NCBI RefSeq assembly: GCF_001194135.2
Contig: NC_068981.1
Span: 146,543,682-146,581,811 of the forward strand
Reading direction: 5' to 3'
Length of the DNA: 38,130 nt
Source: Octopus bimaculoides
Taxonomy: Eukaryota
Shown: positions 10,976-23,311 of the stretch, piece by piece
How the letters are laid out: each line of letters opens with the position of its first letter
How positions within the stretch are numbered: the stretch's first letter is position 1
Program-made: the position numbers and the translations under genes
The notes under the pieces: model-generated
Databases searched by the model: none
What the model was told of the DNA's origin: nothing
Seen by the model: the letters and a program-made list of their open reading frames with translations, nothing else

Positions 10976-11233
10976 GAATTTAATTAAGTGAATCATGTTA
11001 GTCAACCAAATCAAAATGTGAGCATGTTTTAAGCTTTCTTTTTTATTAGTGATAGAAACCACTTTTTCAGAAAATTGTGGCATAAATATCTACATTTGGT
11101 CGTGTCCAAAATTAAAACTCGCACTTGCAAAATTAACTTCTTGTTTAAATCAATTAAAACCAATTGATATGTAAATTTTTGATGGACGTGTATAGCAGTA
11201 GGTTTACAATAATCAAGTCTTTCCGAGAAACAC

Positions 11234-11237
<4 letters not shown>

Positions 11238-11301
<64 letters not shown>
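11238..11301. repeat. (AG)n microsatellite
   Basis: Directly visible. Confidence 0.97.
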
Positions 11302-11302
<1 letters not shown>

Positions 11303-11447
11303 AATAAGGAGATAAAGAGATAAATATAGTGGGAAAGTGCGAGAGAAAGGCAAGGCAAAAACTCGAAGAAGTAAAGCATTCAATGAGAAGAGTGGTTTTA
11401 GAAGCAAAACAATGAGAAATATATAGCAATATAGTGAGAGAGCAATA

Positions 11448-11616
11448 TGGGCGGTGATATGGCAATCGTTAGCACATCGATCCAAATGCTTAGCGGTATC
11501 TCATTCATCTTTACGATCTGATTTCAAATGCTGCCAAGGTCGACTTTGCCTTTCATCTTTTCAGGGTCGATAAAATAAGTAGCAGTTGAGTAATCGACTT
11601 AGCCCTCTTCTCCTAA
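11448..11616 (+). mobile_element. Family A SINE, 5' part (3' remnant resumes at about 12741-12770 after the mariner)
   Basis: Head gggcggtgatatggcaatcgttagcac... up to gacttagccctcttctccta; tail ttgctgggctactgccaaaatttgaaacc appears after the mariner TIR. Confidence 0.75.
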
Positions 11617-12740
11617 CAGGTCATCCCATAAGTTCTGTCCGAATCTTGAATAAAGAAAACAAGTGATCAAATGTTATATTTAATTGAAAATTAATCATCA
11701 ATGTACTTTCCCTGGTTATCTATGACTTCCTTCCATCTATTTACAAGGTGAATGAGGAATTTTTTCCCAACGAAGCTCTTCGATCTTCTGTAATGTGATC
11801 TTTGCAGTGTAGGGTCGGACATTGTCCTGATGAAACATCACTCTTTTTCGATTCACAAAAGCGGGTCTTTTTTTCTTCAAAGCTTGGTTCAAACGCTCTA
11901 ATTGCTGACAGTAGACTTGAGCATTGATTGTTGTATTAGGTGGTAACAATTCAAGGTGATTTACTCCTTTGCAATTCCACCAGATAGAGAGAAGAACCTT
12001 TTTCCCATGAAGTTCCCTTCTCAGTTGTGGTTGAGCTTTTTCCCTTTTACCAAGCCACTGTTTACGACGTTTAACATTTCGATAGAAGATCTATTTTTCG
12101 TCACTAGTCACAAGTCTATCCAATAAGAGTGAAATGAGTTCGCGAGAATGGAGAGAAGAGCAGTTGTCAATTCGGAATTTGCAGTTGCTTACGGAAAATT
12201 CATAAGGCACCCATTTTCCAAGTTTAGGAACCTTTCCAAGTTGTTGAAGATGACGATGAACAGTTGTATGGTTTGAACTAAGCTTTATTACCAGTTCTTC
12301 AACTGATAATGCAGGATTTTCTTCGAGTAATGCCTCAAGGAGCTTATCATCAAACTCAACTCGACGTCCTGTTCGATCTTCATCTTCAAGGCTGAAATCT
12401 CCACTTCTGAATTTTGCAAACCATCTTCTGCAAGTTCTTTCATTCAAGCATTCTTTCCTATAAACTGAGTATATTTTCGAGTCGCTTCGGCTGCAGAGTT
12501 TCCGTTTTTTTGTTCTCATAAAGCATTATGTGCCTCAAATGCTCTCTGGATGCTTCCATGTTAGAAAGGGTTTTAATCAAAGAAAATTTAATTCTGTTAT
12601 TCTGTAAAATAATATTTAATTAGTTTAAATGTACACAAATGCATAAAAATAATTTTTAATTCCATTAGACATTCTTAAATACTATTAAATTTCATTCAAT
12701 TTTAAAAAAGGTAAAATCGGACAGAACTTATGGGATGACT
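11617..12740 (-). mobile_element. Mariner element with pseudogenised transposase (ATG at 12559)
   Basis: 23-bp TIR match gtcatcccataagttctgtccga (11620-11642 and 12717-12739). Motifs RTCRRWFAKFRSGDFSLED, GKWVPYEF, VTSDEK*IFY, KVLLSIWW, FHQDNVRPY, IPHSP; truncated before the third catalytic Asp. Confidence 0.92.
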
Positions 12741-13024
12741 TTGCTGGGCTACTGCCAAAATTTGAAACCAATATGGTGACAGGGCGAGAGAGAGAGAGAA
12801 AAAAAGAAAGAAATAGCGATAGAGAAAAATGCGGAGCAAAAACATGGTAAAATCTCCAAGTCGCAGAGCTTTCAATGAGAATCGAGAAGTTATAATAGCA
12901 AAATACAAAGATTCAGCACTGTGGTGAGAGATGAAAAGAGACGGAGGAGGCAAAAGAAAAAGAGACGAGGGAGAAAATGAACGTATACACACAATCTTTC
13001 TCAAATATGTGAGAGTACAATATA

Positions 13025-13320
13025 AACTGGCAAATATTGAAGTATAAATTCATAATGAAATGTGAGCCAATCCAGACATACGAACTAATACTTATATATA
13101 AGCTAATTGCAGAACATAGCTAAAATATGACCCCGTGAACCAATAATGAAATATGAGCCAATAATAAACTATGAACCAGTTCTGAAATACGGCGAAATAC
13201 TGAATTCTGTTATAATGTTAAAATACAATCCATAACACTGAAATAAAGCTGCAATGAAGACTAATCACTCAATTGTAAAGCATGAGCCAATGGTGAAATA
13301 TGACCTAATGGTGAAATGAT
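13025..13320 (+). repeat. Degenerate 18-bp minisatellite
   Basis: Units such as ataatgaaatatgagcca, ataataaactatgaacca, ataatgaaatgtgagcca, attgtaaagcatgagcca, atggtgaaatatgaccta. Confidence 0.7.
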
Positions 13321-13403
13321 TTTAATTTCATTGAGCTTCGTTTGCCGTATTAACTGCATTTTACAATACAGTTTATAATTCTAATATACAGTGCTTCCTT
13401 TAC

Positions 13404-13405
<2 letters not shown>

Positions 13406-13499
<94 letters not shown>
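13406..13499. repeat. (TG)n microsatellite
   Basis: Directly visible. Confidence 0.97.
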
Positions 13500-13569
13500 A
13501 AAAAGAAAGAAAGAGTCAGTGAGTTTTGTGCGTGGAGTGACAATGAGTTCAATATCATCATTAGAGTTA

Positions 13570-13785
13570 AGGTGGCGAACTGGCAGAACCGTTAGCACGC
13601 CGGGGAAAATGCTTGATGGCATTTCGTCCGTCTTTACGTTCTAAATTCAAATGCCACCGAGGTCGATTTTGCCTTTCATCCTTTCGGGGTCGATAAAATA
13701 AGTACCAGTTGAATAATGAGGTAGATGTAACCGACTTAGCCCTCCATCAAAATTGCTGGCCTTGTGCCAAAATATGAAACTAATA
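13570..13785 (+). mobile_element. Family A SINE
   Basis: aaggtggcgaactggcagaaccgttagcacgccgggg...ttgctggccttgtgccaaaatatgaaac. Confidence 0.88.
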
Positions 13786-15141
13786 TTATCATTAGAATCA
13801 AAAATATTTCACCATAATCCGTGCAAAACAAAATCTAAAATGCCAGTTCTCACTTGATTTATCTTAGTTGTTTCCATTTTCCTTCAATTTTTGTTGTTGT
13901 TGCTACTGTTATTGTTGTTGTTGCTGTTATTGTTGTTATTGATTACCAAACAAAAAGCCGCACTGATTTCAGCTCTGTAAGTTTTTGTCAAAAATTTCCG
14001 TTTTTCCGCCAAGTTGAATGTTTGTTTACTAATTTATTTTCGATGGTTTCGAAAGAACTCAACAACTGTATCTACACGTGATCTTCACAAAGAGACGAAA
14101 TTTTCGACTTTTCTTTATTTCAAACCACGTTGGCCCCCTCCTTACCTTCAAAAATCAATTTGAATTCAAACGAATCCATAATGATCTTAAAGAGGGAAAA
14201 GCACAAAAGCATGAAAGTGAAAAAATAACTAAGAAAATTTGAGAGAAAGCAAAGAAGCTAAACTGAGAGTGTCATTAATTTCGTTATCCTTGAAAGGGGT
14301 TAGTAATGTGATTACGATGACTTCGGGAATATACATAGTGCAGCACGGGAACAGTAGCAACAACAACAGAAGTACAGCAAAACAACAGCAATGAGAAGAA
14401 CAATAGCGTAAATGAGAACATTAGAACCTAGCCTGAAAAATTGTAGAATGCAATTTATAACGTCAGAAAAAAGAAAACAATATGGTTCAGAGAACCCTTG
14501 TACCGAGATGCGGAGGAACTGAAAAACCACTGCATCTCGATCACCACCGCCGCCGCCGACAACAACAACAACAACAACAACAACAGTACTGTTTAAATAG
14601 TGTAAACATATACTTACTGTTCAGTTTAGTTATCATTCAAAGAAAAATAAAGCAAAAATTCAATTGTCGAAACTGAAGTTCATAATAAATTTATATCTGA
14701 GCAAATTAGTGCTTCAAGCGTCGAAATAATGAAGAGAAAAGACTGCGATCAAATTTGCTATTACATCAAAAGACAGAATCAGAACGTATACATACATTAT
14801 GAAATTACCCATGATCAGAATTCCATATGATTAAACATACTATGTAGATGTGTGGGGTGGTATTTGTCAGAAGGTTTCTAGTATCGTGTTAATTACACCA
14901 ACGTGTGAACAATGAGGTGTGAATTTTATTCCCTCTCGGTTTTCGTTTCGTGTGGGCTGCTTTCACAACCACAACTCTATTCTTTAAAACAATATGTAAA
15001 CATATTTACCAGTTAATTATAGTTTGTCTATCTCTAAGACTCTTGGAAACAGTATGTATAAATCTTATATGTGTGTGCGTGTGTGCGTATGCGTGTGCGT
15101 GCGGGTGTGCGTGCATGCATGTATGTATATGTATGTATGTA

Positions 15142-15346
15142 CGAGGAGGTACTGAAAAGTTCCTGGCTTTGGGTAAAAGGAAATACAGGGTTATAAATTA
15201 ATTATCATATTCCCCTCTCACATTCACGCACTTATCGCAGTGGCCCTTCAGTTTATCTAAGCGCTGTAAAAGAACTCGGAAGGTTGGACCTCCAAACGGG
15301 CTTTTCGCAATACCATTAAAGCCAGGAACTTTTCAGCAACCCCACG
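15142..15346. mobile_element. Mariner-type MITE (about 205 bp)
   Basis: TIRs cgaggaggtactgaaaagttcctggcttt and aaagccaggaacttttcagcaaccccacg; TA at the left end. Confidence 0.85.
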
Positions 15347-15538
15347 CGTGCGCGCATGTGTAGTGAAGCTTCTGCCTAGATTCGAACCATCTCGCTCAGA
15401 TTCCTCGTTTAGTACCACAACCAAATCATATTTTCATAAAAGCATGATCGGCCTTGTGAAGAGGCAGGAGTAGCTTTGTTTCGTTCGTACTCAAATTCAT
15501 TAACTAATTTCTTTAATGACATGCTTCTTCAAATTTTA

Positions 15539-15539
<1 letters not shown>

Positions 15540-15590
<51 letters not shown>
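15540..15590. repeat. (AAT)n microsatellite
   Basis: Directly visible. Confidence 0.97.
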
Positions 15591-16345
15591 GTAGGTGCTA
15601 GAGAGGGGCAAGACTTGGTATGAGCATAAACCGCAGAGTGGCGGAGTAGGAGACTAGCAAAATACTCTGGGATTTTCCAATACAAACAGATCAGGTGTTA
15701 GAACATAACAGACCGGGCACCACATATGCCAGGGGTTTTCAAACTTTTTGACTTGCGGACCCCTTTATATTTCAGGCTTTACCTTAGGGACCCCCTTATA
15801 AACGCTTATGAAATTTATACATAAATATTTGCTTAAAATAACATATTTTTACATTTGTTTATTTAACAGTATTTAACAAATAGGTTTATTGTCAATTAAA
15901 AGATTTTGATTAAAAACCATATATAAAATCAAATTGCCCATAAAAAGTATTTGCTGTTCACGGACCCCCTGTCTTGTACTTGCGGACCCCCTGTAGTCCG
16001 CGGACCACAGTTTGAAAACCACTGACATATGCTATATAGTTGATATTGCATGCCCCTTTGACCCACGAATAGTCAAGAAGGAAGACGAAAAGGTAGATGA
16101 ATACAACCCTTTTAAGTACGAAAATAGCTCGGCTATAGAAAATGAAGAAAGTGAACATAGTGCTAATTATTGTTGGGTCCTCGGGAACAGCATCAGAAGG
16201 CATCAAGAGGAATATGAAGGAAATCGGAATAGAGTGCCCAGTAGAACTGTTACAAAAGGTTTGCCTCCTTGGCACGGCCAGAATAATCAGGAAAGTATTA
16301 GATAACGGGCGCTGGGACTGAAGGCAAGGAGATCGCTGTAGGCTT
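15591..16345 (+). mobile_element. R4/Dong-like non-LTR retrotransposon 3' fragment (restriction-like endonuclease), split by a MITE
   Basis: KTWYEHKPQ..KILWDFPIQTDQVLEHNRP [MITE] CYIVDIACPFDPRIVKKEDEKVDEY..KVNIVLIIVGSSG..LLQKVCLLGTARIIRKVLD. Confidence 0.88.
15730..16024. mobile_element. hAT MITE with perfect 8-bp TSD
   Basis: TIRs caggggttttcaaact and agtttgaaaaccactg; TSD acatatgc at 15722-15729 and 16025-16032. Confidence 0.93.
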
Positions 16346-16371
16346 GCGGAGCTTACGTTTCCTTTGGGCTC

Positions 16372-16505
16372 CCGTGATCCTGTTATTTTTGTAGGAAGTT
16401 GTACCTTTGTTGGTGCAGTTATGTCAGACAGGGTGGTCCTGTGCTTGCATTTCTCAGGTCGAGGTTGATTTCAAAGTACTTCAGTGAGGCTTTGAGTGTA
16501 TTCTC
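16372..16505 (-). mobile_element. RTE-BovB-like LINE 3' fragment
   Basis: NTLKASLKYFEINLD..AQDHPV*..KGTTSYKNNRI, similar to KDTLKASLKxFxI..AQDRxxW. Confidence 0.65.
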
Positions 16506-17282
16506 GAAATTTTAAATAAGATGGAACAAGATGGCTGCAAATTCTTGAAAGTATTATGCCAAGTGTTTCTGAAACATAAATAAATGAATAAATATATAAA
16601 ACATACGCATAAATTGTATATAATTTGCTTCAGAGCTATCGATTTTTAGGATGCAAAATGTCATTAAAGTTTCACATTCTGTATTCTCATTTTGCAATTT
16701 GTCCATGTAAGTCATAGTGATTCATTTGACGACGAAGGCGAAAGAATTTATGAAAATATTTCTGTCATTGAAAGACGTGAAGGTAAAACTGTCGGAGACG
16801 ATACTTGCTAACTACAGCAGAAATGTGCAATGAGGCTCTCTTGGTCAGAACTTCAAGCGTCGTAGATGTGCTAAATATATGATTATTGATTTTAGTCCCC
16901 AAAAGAGTAAACTACGAAACCGAATTGTTGACATGTCATGAGTCACAACTATACATAAACTGGGATAATAAACGAAATCTTTAATTAAATTTTAAGTAAT
17001 AGACGAAAAACGGTATGTAAATGCTCTGAAAGTTTGAAATTGTCTTATATTTAAACCCCGATAAAATAGAATGCATGATAAGAATTATTGGGTTATCATG
17101 TCTTCATTATAATACTTATAATGAAGACGTGATAACCAAACTATTGGCAACGAATTTTCCTTAAATCCTGGGATACACCTAAAAAACCGATTTTAAAGCT
17201 AGAATCAGTTCATTTGAATTAATTAGGGTTACACGATTTGATTGTTGAATTTTCTGATAACTAAACATTTGCCGGATAGTGT
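16506..17282 (+). mobile_element. Chapaev3-like (CMC) transposase C-terminal relic and 3' end
   Basis: SYRFLGCKMSLKFHILYSHF..DDEGERIYENISVIERREGK.SETILANYS matches the motif CNMSLKIHFLHSHL..SDEHGERFHQDISxMEKRYQGK..MLADYCW. Possible end ...ggataGTG at 17282. The superfamily label is from memory. Confidence 0.6.
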
Positions 17283-18559
17283 TATTATGCTGGTTGAGAA
17301 AATAGTTTGGAAAATTCTTTAGGCGTGTTTTCTTTTTGTAATACTCTTATACGACACCATTACTAATCTACTTAGCTGTATTATTTGAAGATAAGCCATT
17401 TATTTGTAAAATGGATTGAAACCTGCTGGTGTAGAGACCGGAGATAGATGTTTCTTTATAATCATTGCAGGCTCTTACGTTTCTGATTATAGTCTAAATC
17501 GACTTTTGATGGCGGCAAATAGAATAAGTAAAAATAATATACTGAAGCTTCAAAGGAATGTAATCTTCGCCCCCGTTAAAAAGCGATGTATTCTTTTTGG
17601 CCATCTGGTTTTTATATCACTTAAAGTTTACTGCTTCTCGTGTCGCTGTTTATAAATTTAACTCACAAACTAAAATAGTCAATTTTTACCAGCCAATGTC
17701 AAGAAAAAGAGTATTTTCTACGGTTTGGTACGGTGTAGAAGTCTTCTCATATATGAAAGAATAGACATATATTGAAGTAAGTTTAGATCAGTTAAAATGG
17801 AGCTTAAATCGATCAGACAAGGAAATCGGAATGAAAGGATGAAAATAATGTTTGTTATTGGGCTTAGGGTAAGTCTAACTGCTGTTGATTTTGTTGTTGC
17901 CTTGACCAAGGCTAGCATCGATTGTGCAGACTTATGAAAACAGGCGTTCCAGCAATGACAATTTCAGTTTTTCTTCGACATAATGTATCTAAATTAACAA
18001 CACGCCCAATGTACCATACCTTTTTAAAGAGAATAGTGTAAGCTCCACAGGTGATTTGACTATTTCCAGCCGGTCAAGCGACTTCGTAGAAGTTCCATTA
18101 CTAGTTTGTAGAGGCTATTATTATCCAATAGCAAAGGGAAGTATTAAACCAAGGAGTCTTAATAATTTAAAATTAAACTTTTAATGATAAAAATAATCAT
18201 TATCTCAACGATTTACTTGGGTAAAAAAAGAGGCAAGGGAAACTCTGAAATGTTGATTACAATCAATTAAATATGGAATGTAATGGGTAGTGAATCTGAG
18301 CTTCATAAGTACAATTCCATTCTTGCTTTGAGGGAGATTTGGTTTGAATTTCTAATCGGTCGAAAGACCACACAGATGCTTCTTCGTCAATTGGTGGAGA
18401 GTTTAGGCTATCATAGCATTTGTAACAAATATTATTACACCTTAATGGACTGACTGGGCAGTGGTACATTGCAATGAGAGAGGGTTTAGTGACCCGAAGT
18501 AATAATAATTTAACGTGAAATGATCCCTATCGAGAATGAAAAACAAAAAAATATGTAAT

Positions 18560-18790
18560 AGCACTACAAAAATGGCCCACCATTGGAGAACCAAACACAT
18601 AAAGCTCATCAAACACAAAGAACTGTAAGCAACTGGGAAACAGTAGGAGGTGGTTAAAATTTTCTTTGCGCAATTTGTGGCCTAAACACATTATTAGAAC
18701 CCATAGCATTCAACTGATTAGAAGACCCGAACTAGCACCTGATTGGATGCTGGAGGAGAAAATAGCATTAATTCTTCAGAATAAGGAATT
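18560..18790 (+). mobile_element. Degraded R4/Dong-like RT N-terminal fragment (tentative)
   Basis: TVSNWETVGG..NF and IRRPELAPDWMLEEKIALILQNKE resemble NWKAPGxD..NFW and PxWLxxGxTxLIPK. Confidence 0.4.
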
Positions 18791-19311
18791 AATGTTGTTA
18801 ATGGCTTGGATTAATTATTGAAAACCATTTCCCAGTATTCCACACTCCTAGGATATTGGAGACGCTCTGCATAATAAATTAACATCAATACTTGTAAAAT
18901 GTATGAACCATGCCGTGTCAAAATGGAAAATAACAATGTTATCCCTATGTAGAAAAAAAGGGAAATGAAATGCTCGAGAATCCTAGTGTCATCACGTTAG
19001 AAGCCCTTTGATTTTTCGATTCCTATTGATATCATGTTTTGTATGTTTTCGGTATGGAACTGGTCTGGCGATTAGAAAAAGAAAGCTTTCGAGTATGATT
19101 AACATTTGACTCTCAGATCTGCTTTCCAAGTATTTCTCATAAGAGAAAGACCGACAATTTATTACCTCTCCCTGTAGTTCAACTAGCGTCACTGAAATTC
19201 ACTAACTCAAATTTGTACGGTACGAATCATCACTTTGGTAACGACCGTAAATTATTTTTCTTTGAATAACTAAACTGAACAGTGAGTATATTTACACTAT
19301 TTAAACAGTAC

Positions 19312-19384
<73 letters not shown>

Positions 19385-19385
19385 G
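19312..19385. repeat. (GTT)n microsatellite
   Basis: Directly visible. Confidence 0.97.
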
Positions 19386-21732
19386 GCGGCGGCGGTGGTG
19401 GTCGTGGTGGTAATATAGTTTAGCTCAAGATACAACTATGCTCAAGCGTTCCAGGAAGATCACTCTCTTGCATGAGATCGAATTAAGTCAATGTTAACAA
19501 ACACGTGTGCAGGTTTAAAAGCTGTGGCCATTTAGACGAGGTTACACTTAGATTATATGAAGTACTGGTGTTTCTTGCGCCTGTATATCCCACGAGCTCG
19601 TAATAAACACTATATATGTAAGGCTTGCCATGGAGCAAGGTTATTCACTCGCAACAAAGTCGTCCTCCCTTTATTGTATATTTACCTGACCTTTTCCTGG
19701 GGACTCTACGTATGGAGGCAATACCGTCTCTTAATCTCAACAATACAAACCGTTCTAATATCAAAATCAAGGAAGTGAGCGGGAATGGGTTTGTTTCGTT
19801 GGTCCTCCGACTCTATTATAGAACGGAACATACATACTGACATGCGTGAAAGAAAAAGGCTGATTAGAAGACTACAGATTCAAGCCATCAATGGAACTGT
19901 AAGGAGATGTAAAACTTTCCAAAAATTTAGCACATAAATACATATGCATGCATCTAGACATGAAAATATATACATAAAAACGCATCCATAAAACAAACAT
20001 ACAAATCTGCGCATACACTAACACCAAATACTGCACACACACACACACACACATATGCACAAATACCTAGATGATGTTGATAAAAGTTCCAATGAAAAAG
20101 TCTTGAATCTATGTTAGAGTCTGGCTCTTTCTCTATTGACAAGAAATACAGGAATGAAACTGATTGATAACATACATACATACATACATACATACATACA
20201 TACTGGATAAGAACACGTATTTGTACTCCATCGTGACGCAGTTATCTTTTTACAATTCTTTTAAATTAGTTGCGTTTGTCACATGTTCAATAATTTTTGA
20301 ATTGCTTATTAGTTCAAGTATTCATTAGTCGCTCAATTCTTTAAAAGTCGTTCCATTTTTCTCCATTCGCTCGGCTGTTTTCGTATTCACTTAGTCATCT
20401 ACTGCTCAGATGCTAATCAGTTGTTTCATTGTAGGCCAGCTGCTGCATCATTAGCTAAATATATAAATTTTCTTCGATGAAACAGCTGTTCATCAACTGC
20501 TTCTCATTTCTTTCATTTCTAGCGGGAATATTAAGCAATCAGATCATTATATCCGATGTCGCGATTCTCTAGAATATTACCTACGTCATCAAAAAAATCT
20601 GACCATTCAAGACTTCGCGTGGAAGGGGCTCAAACGACAACTTCATCTTTTAGCAGGCTTCTTTCTGAACCTTTTTACTACAGCAACAACAGGCGGCGAA
20701 CGAGAGACATTAGACGACGGTGGCACATCCAGCAGCTAACCACATTTTGACTACTACTATAATCACACCAATCCAAGAACAGTTATCTCCAAACTCTATC
20801 GTTGTTTTGTCGTACGTAGCAACGACATCATTTCTCTTTGTTTATGAAAAGAATAAATATTTTGTTTATCAAAAATCTCAACAGATATCAGTGTTCTTTA
20901 TTGTAACACATTATTAATTAGTTAGTTAGTTGTTCATTTATTTATCTATAGTTCATTATTCATCTTTAATAACATTCTCGACAGAAAAAAGGTAAAATGT
21001 ATTATCTGGAACAAAAGTTTCAAAGCTGAGATTGTAGCCATGTTTTTGTGAGTAGCTATGTCAATAGTTTATGGTAGCACATAACTACTTCAGTCGATTA
21101 TTGTTCAGAGTTTAAGGTTGGTTTTGACTAGCCAAAATGAATATATACTTGTAAGAGAAGTTAGAAAAAAATTTACAAGCTCGTTAGGGAAGTTTGTTAA
21201 CCAGTTCGATCTACTAACATGATAATCGAACTAATTTCTAAAATAGCTACTTCCAATTTGAATCGTAATAACGGTTTAAAGAAGAAAAATGCATAAGCTT
21301 TAACTTTCCACGCATCCCCACCACATATTCAGACAACTTAGAAGCCGCATGCTCTGCAGCAAAAATTTATTATCGGTTTGTGTCTGGTCTCTTTGTCCTA
21401 TACTTCAAAGAACGACAACATCGGTGTGTGAATGTAAATTGCATTGAATTCTCCTTTAAGAAAAAAAAACAGTCCATCCATTTCACAGACGTTGTTTGCC
21501 TGGCAATCAATATTCTTTTCTGCTGTTTCGATTCCATGAGCTCAGCATACATTAAACTGAAATAACAGCGAACAAACATCTAACAACTCGTTTTAGACTT
21601 GGGATTTATCATAAAGAATCCTTGACAATATCCAATGGCATTGGTTTGCATATTGGCTTAATCAATGGCGTAGAAAGTCTACAAATATTCTTCAAGTTTA
21701 TAAGTTGCTTTTTCTGTGTATTCGTATGAGTA

Positions 21733-21997
21733 CATGTGTGTGTGTGTGTGTGTGTGTGCGTGTATGTATGTATGTATGTATGTATGTATGTATGTATGTA
21801 TGTATGTATGTATGTATGTATGTATGTGTGTATGTGGGTATGTATGTATTATGTATGTGTGCATGTATGTATGTATATATGTATGTACGTACGTATGTAT
21901 GTACGTATGCTTGTATGTATGTATATATGTATGTATACATGCATGCATGTATGTATGTATGTATGTATATATGTATGTATGTATGTATATATGTATG

Positions 21998-22031
<34 letters not shown>

Positions 22032-22080
22032 TGTATGTATGTATGTATGCATGTATGTATATTTGTATGTACGTATGCTT
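21733..22080. repeat. (TG)n + (TATG)n compound microsatellite
   Basis: Directly visible; explains six overlapping spurious ORFs. Confidence 0.97.
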
Positions 22081-23311
22081 TTGAATCCGTATTTGTATGA
22101 GAGGTAACGCAACAGATCTCTGAACAAATCATAGCAGAAATCAGTTTTATTCAAACAATCAAGATTAAATCAAGCTTCACTTGTAAACGTGTAGTCTTTG
22201 AAATGTATGATTTTTTTAATGACTTCCCCAAATAAGGATTGTATCTGAAATGTTTACGCTCAGACAACTTCTATGTGTTTCCTCAAAAGATTATTTGGTT
22301 CATAAAACTTATTTATAAAACTTCTTCAAGCAAAAGAAAACTTGGGATTCTTAAGCTAGCTTAGTTCTAACTTCATGAATTATATTTTACGTAAATATTA
22401 AGGTTCGGAAATAAACGGTAGAACGCAGAAACTACTGTCATATATTAAAGCATTTTATCCCAAAAGTTTTTAATTTCAAAGCTAGCTAGCGCCCACTTTT
22501 TTTTTTCCGTTACTAACATCAATAGGATGAATTTCAGAAATATCATGAGTTGCTTCTCAACACAAAACCACCGTATCTCAACAAAAATTTCCCATATAGA
22601 AGACAACTGGGGTGAATTGACAGCATTATCTGGTTGTATTAGAAACTACCCCTTTAAGTTCCGAGTTCAAATCACACCAAAGCAGATTTTTCTTTTCCTA
22701 CATCTAGAGTTGGTGAAATACATGAGTTAAGTATTGGATTTCAACTAATGCACTATACTCTCCTCTTTAAATGAATGGCCATGTGTCTATATTGAAAAGA
22801 AATTAAATGATTACGCACACATACATACAAATAAATAAATAAATGAATTCGCTATGGTTATGTTCTTTATTGATTATTGTTGACTAAACCTTCTTAGAAC
22901 AACTTACGGCGAACATTATTTGGTGGCGGTTGTGGTTTTACACATTTCGGACGATCAAATACCACCATTTCTTAAATTTCAGACACACGGAAGGTATAGT
23001 AGAAACCGGAATAGTTGTGACTCTCTGGTCCCCCACAGGGATTTGCCCTTTTCAGACACCTGGATGGCAAAAGCCATTATTTTTATTGGTCATCAATGGA
23101 CGAAAATGAAACATAAATTGTAGGCAACTTCCGTTTTATTGTTTTATTCATTTCATTCATTCTTCTTTTGTTTAATTATATTTCGTCAGTTATCAGGTCA
23201 TCGTCAAATTTGATGGACTAACTGACATCTAGTCCTTAATAATTGTTCAAATATTGGAAGGTTAGTAGTAAATTATATCAAATTTGTTGAAAATAGGTAA
23301 TTTAATGTTTA

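Noticed and set aside
13850-14760. Possible 5' UTR or first-exon region with donor-like GTAAGT sites (13977 plus, 14617 minus)
   Set aside because: No ORF or homology support; such motifs occur by chance. RNA-seq would be needed.
21370-21579. Minus-strand acceptor plus 69-aa ORF
   Set aside because: No recognisable protein and no donor or partner exon.
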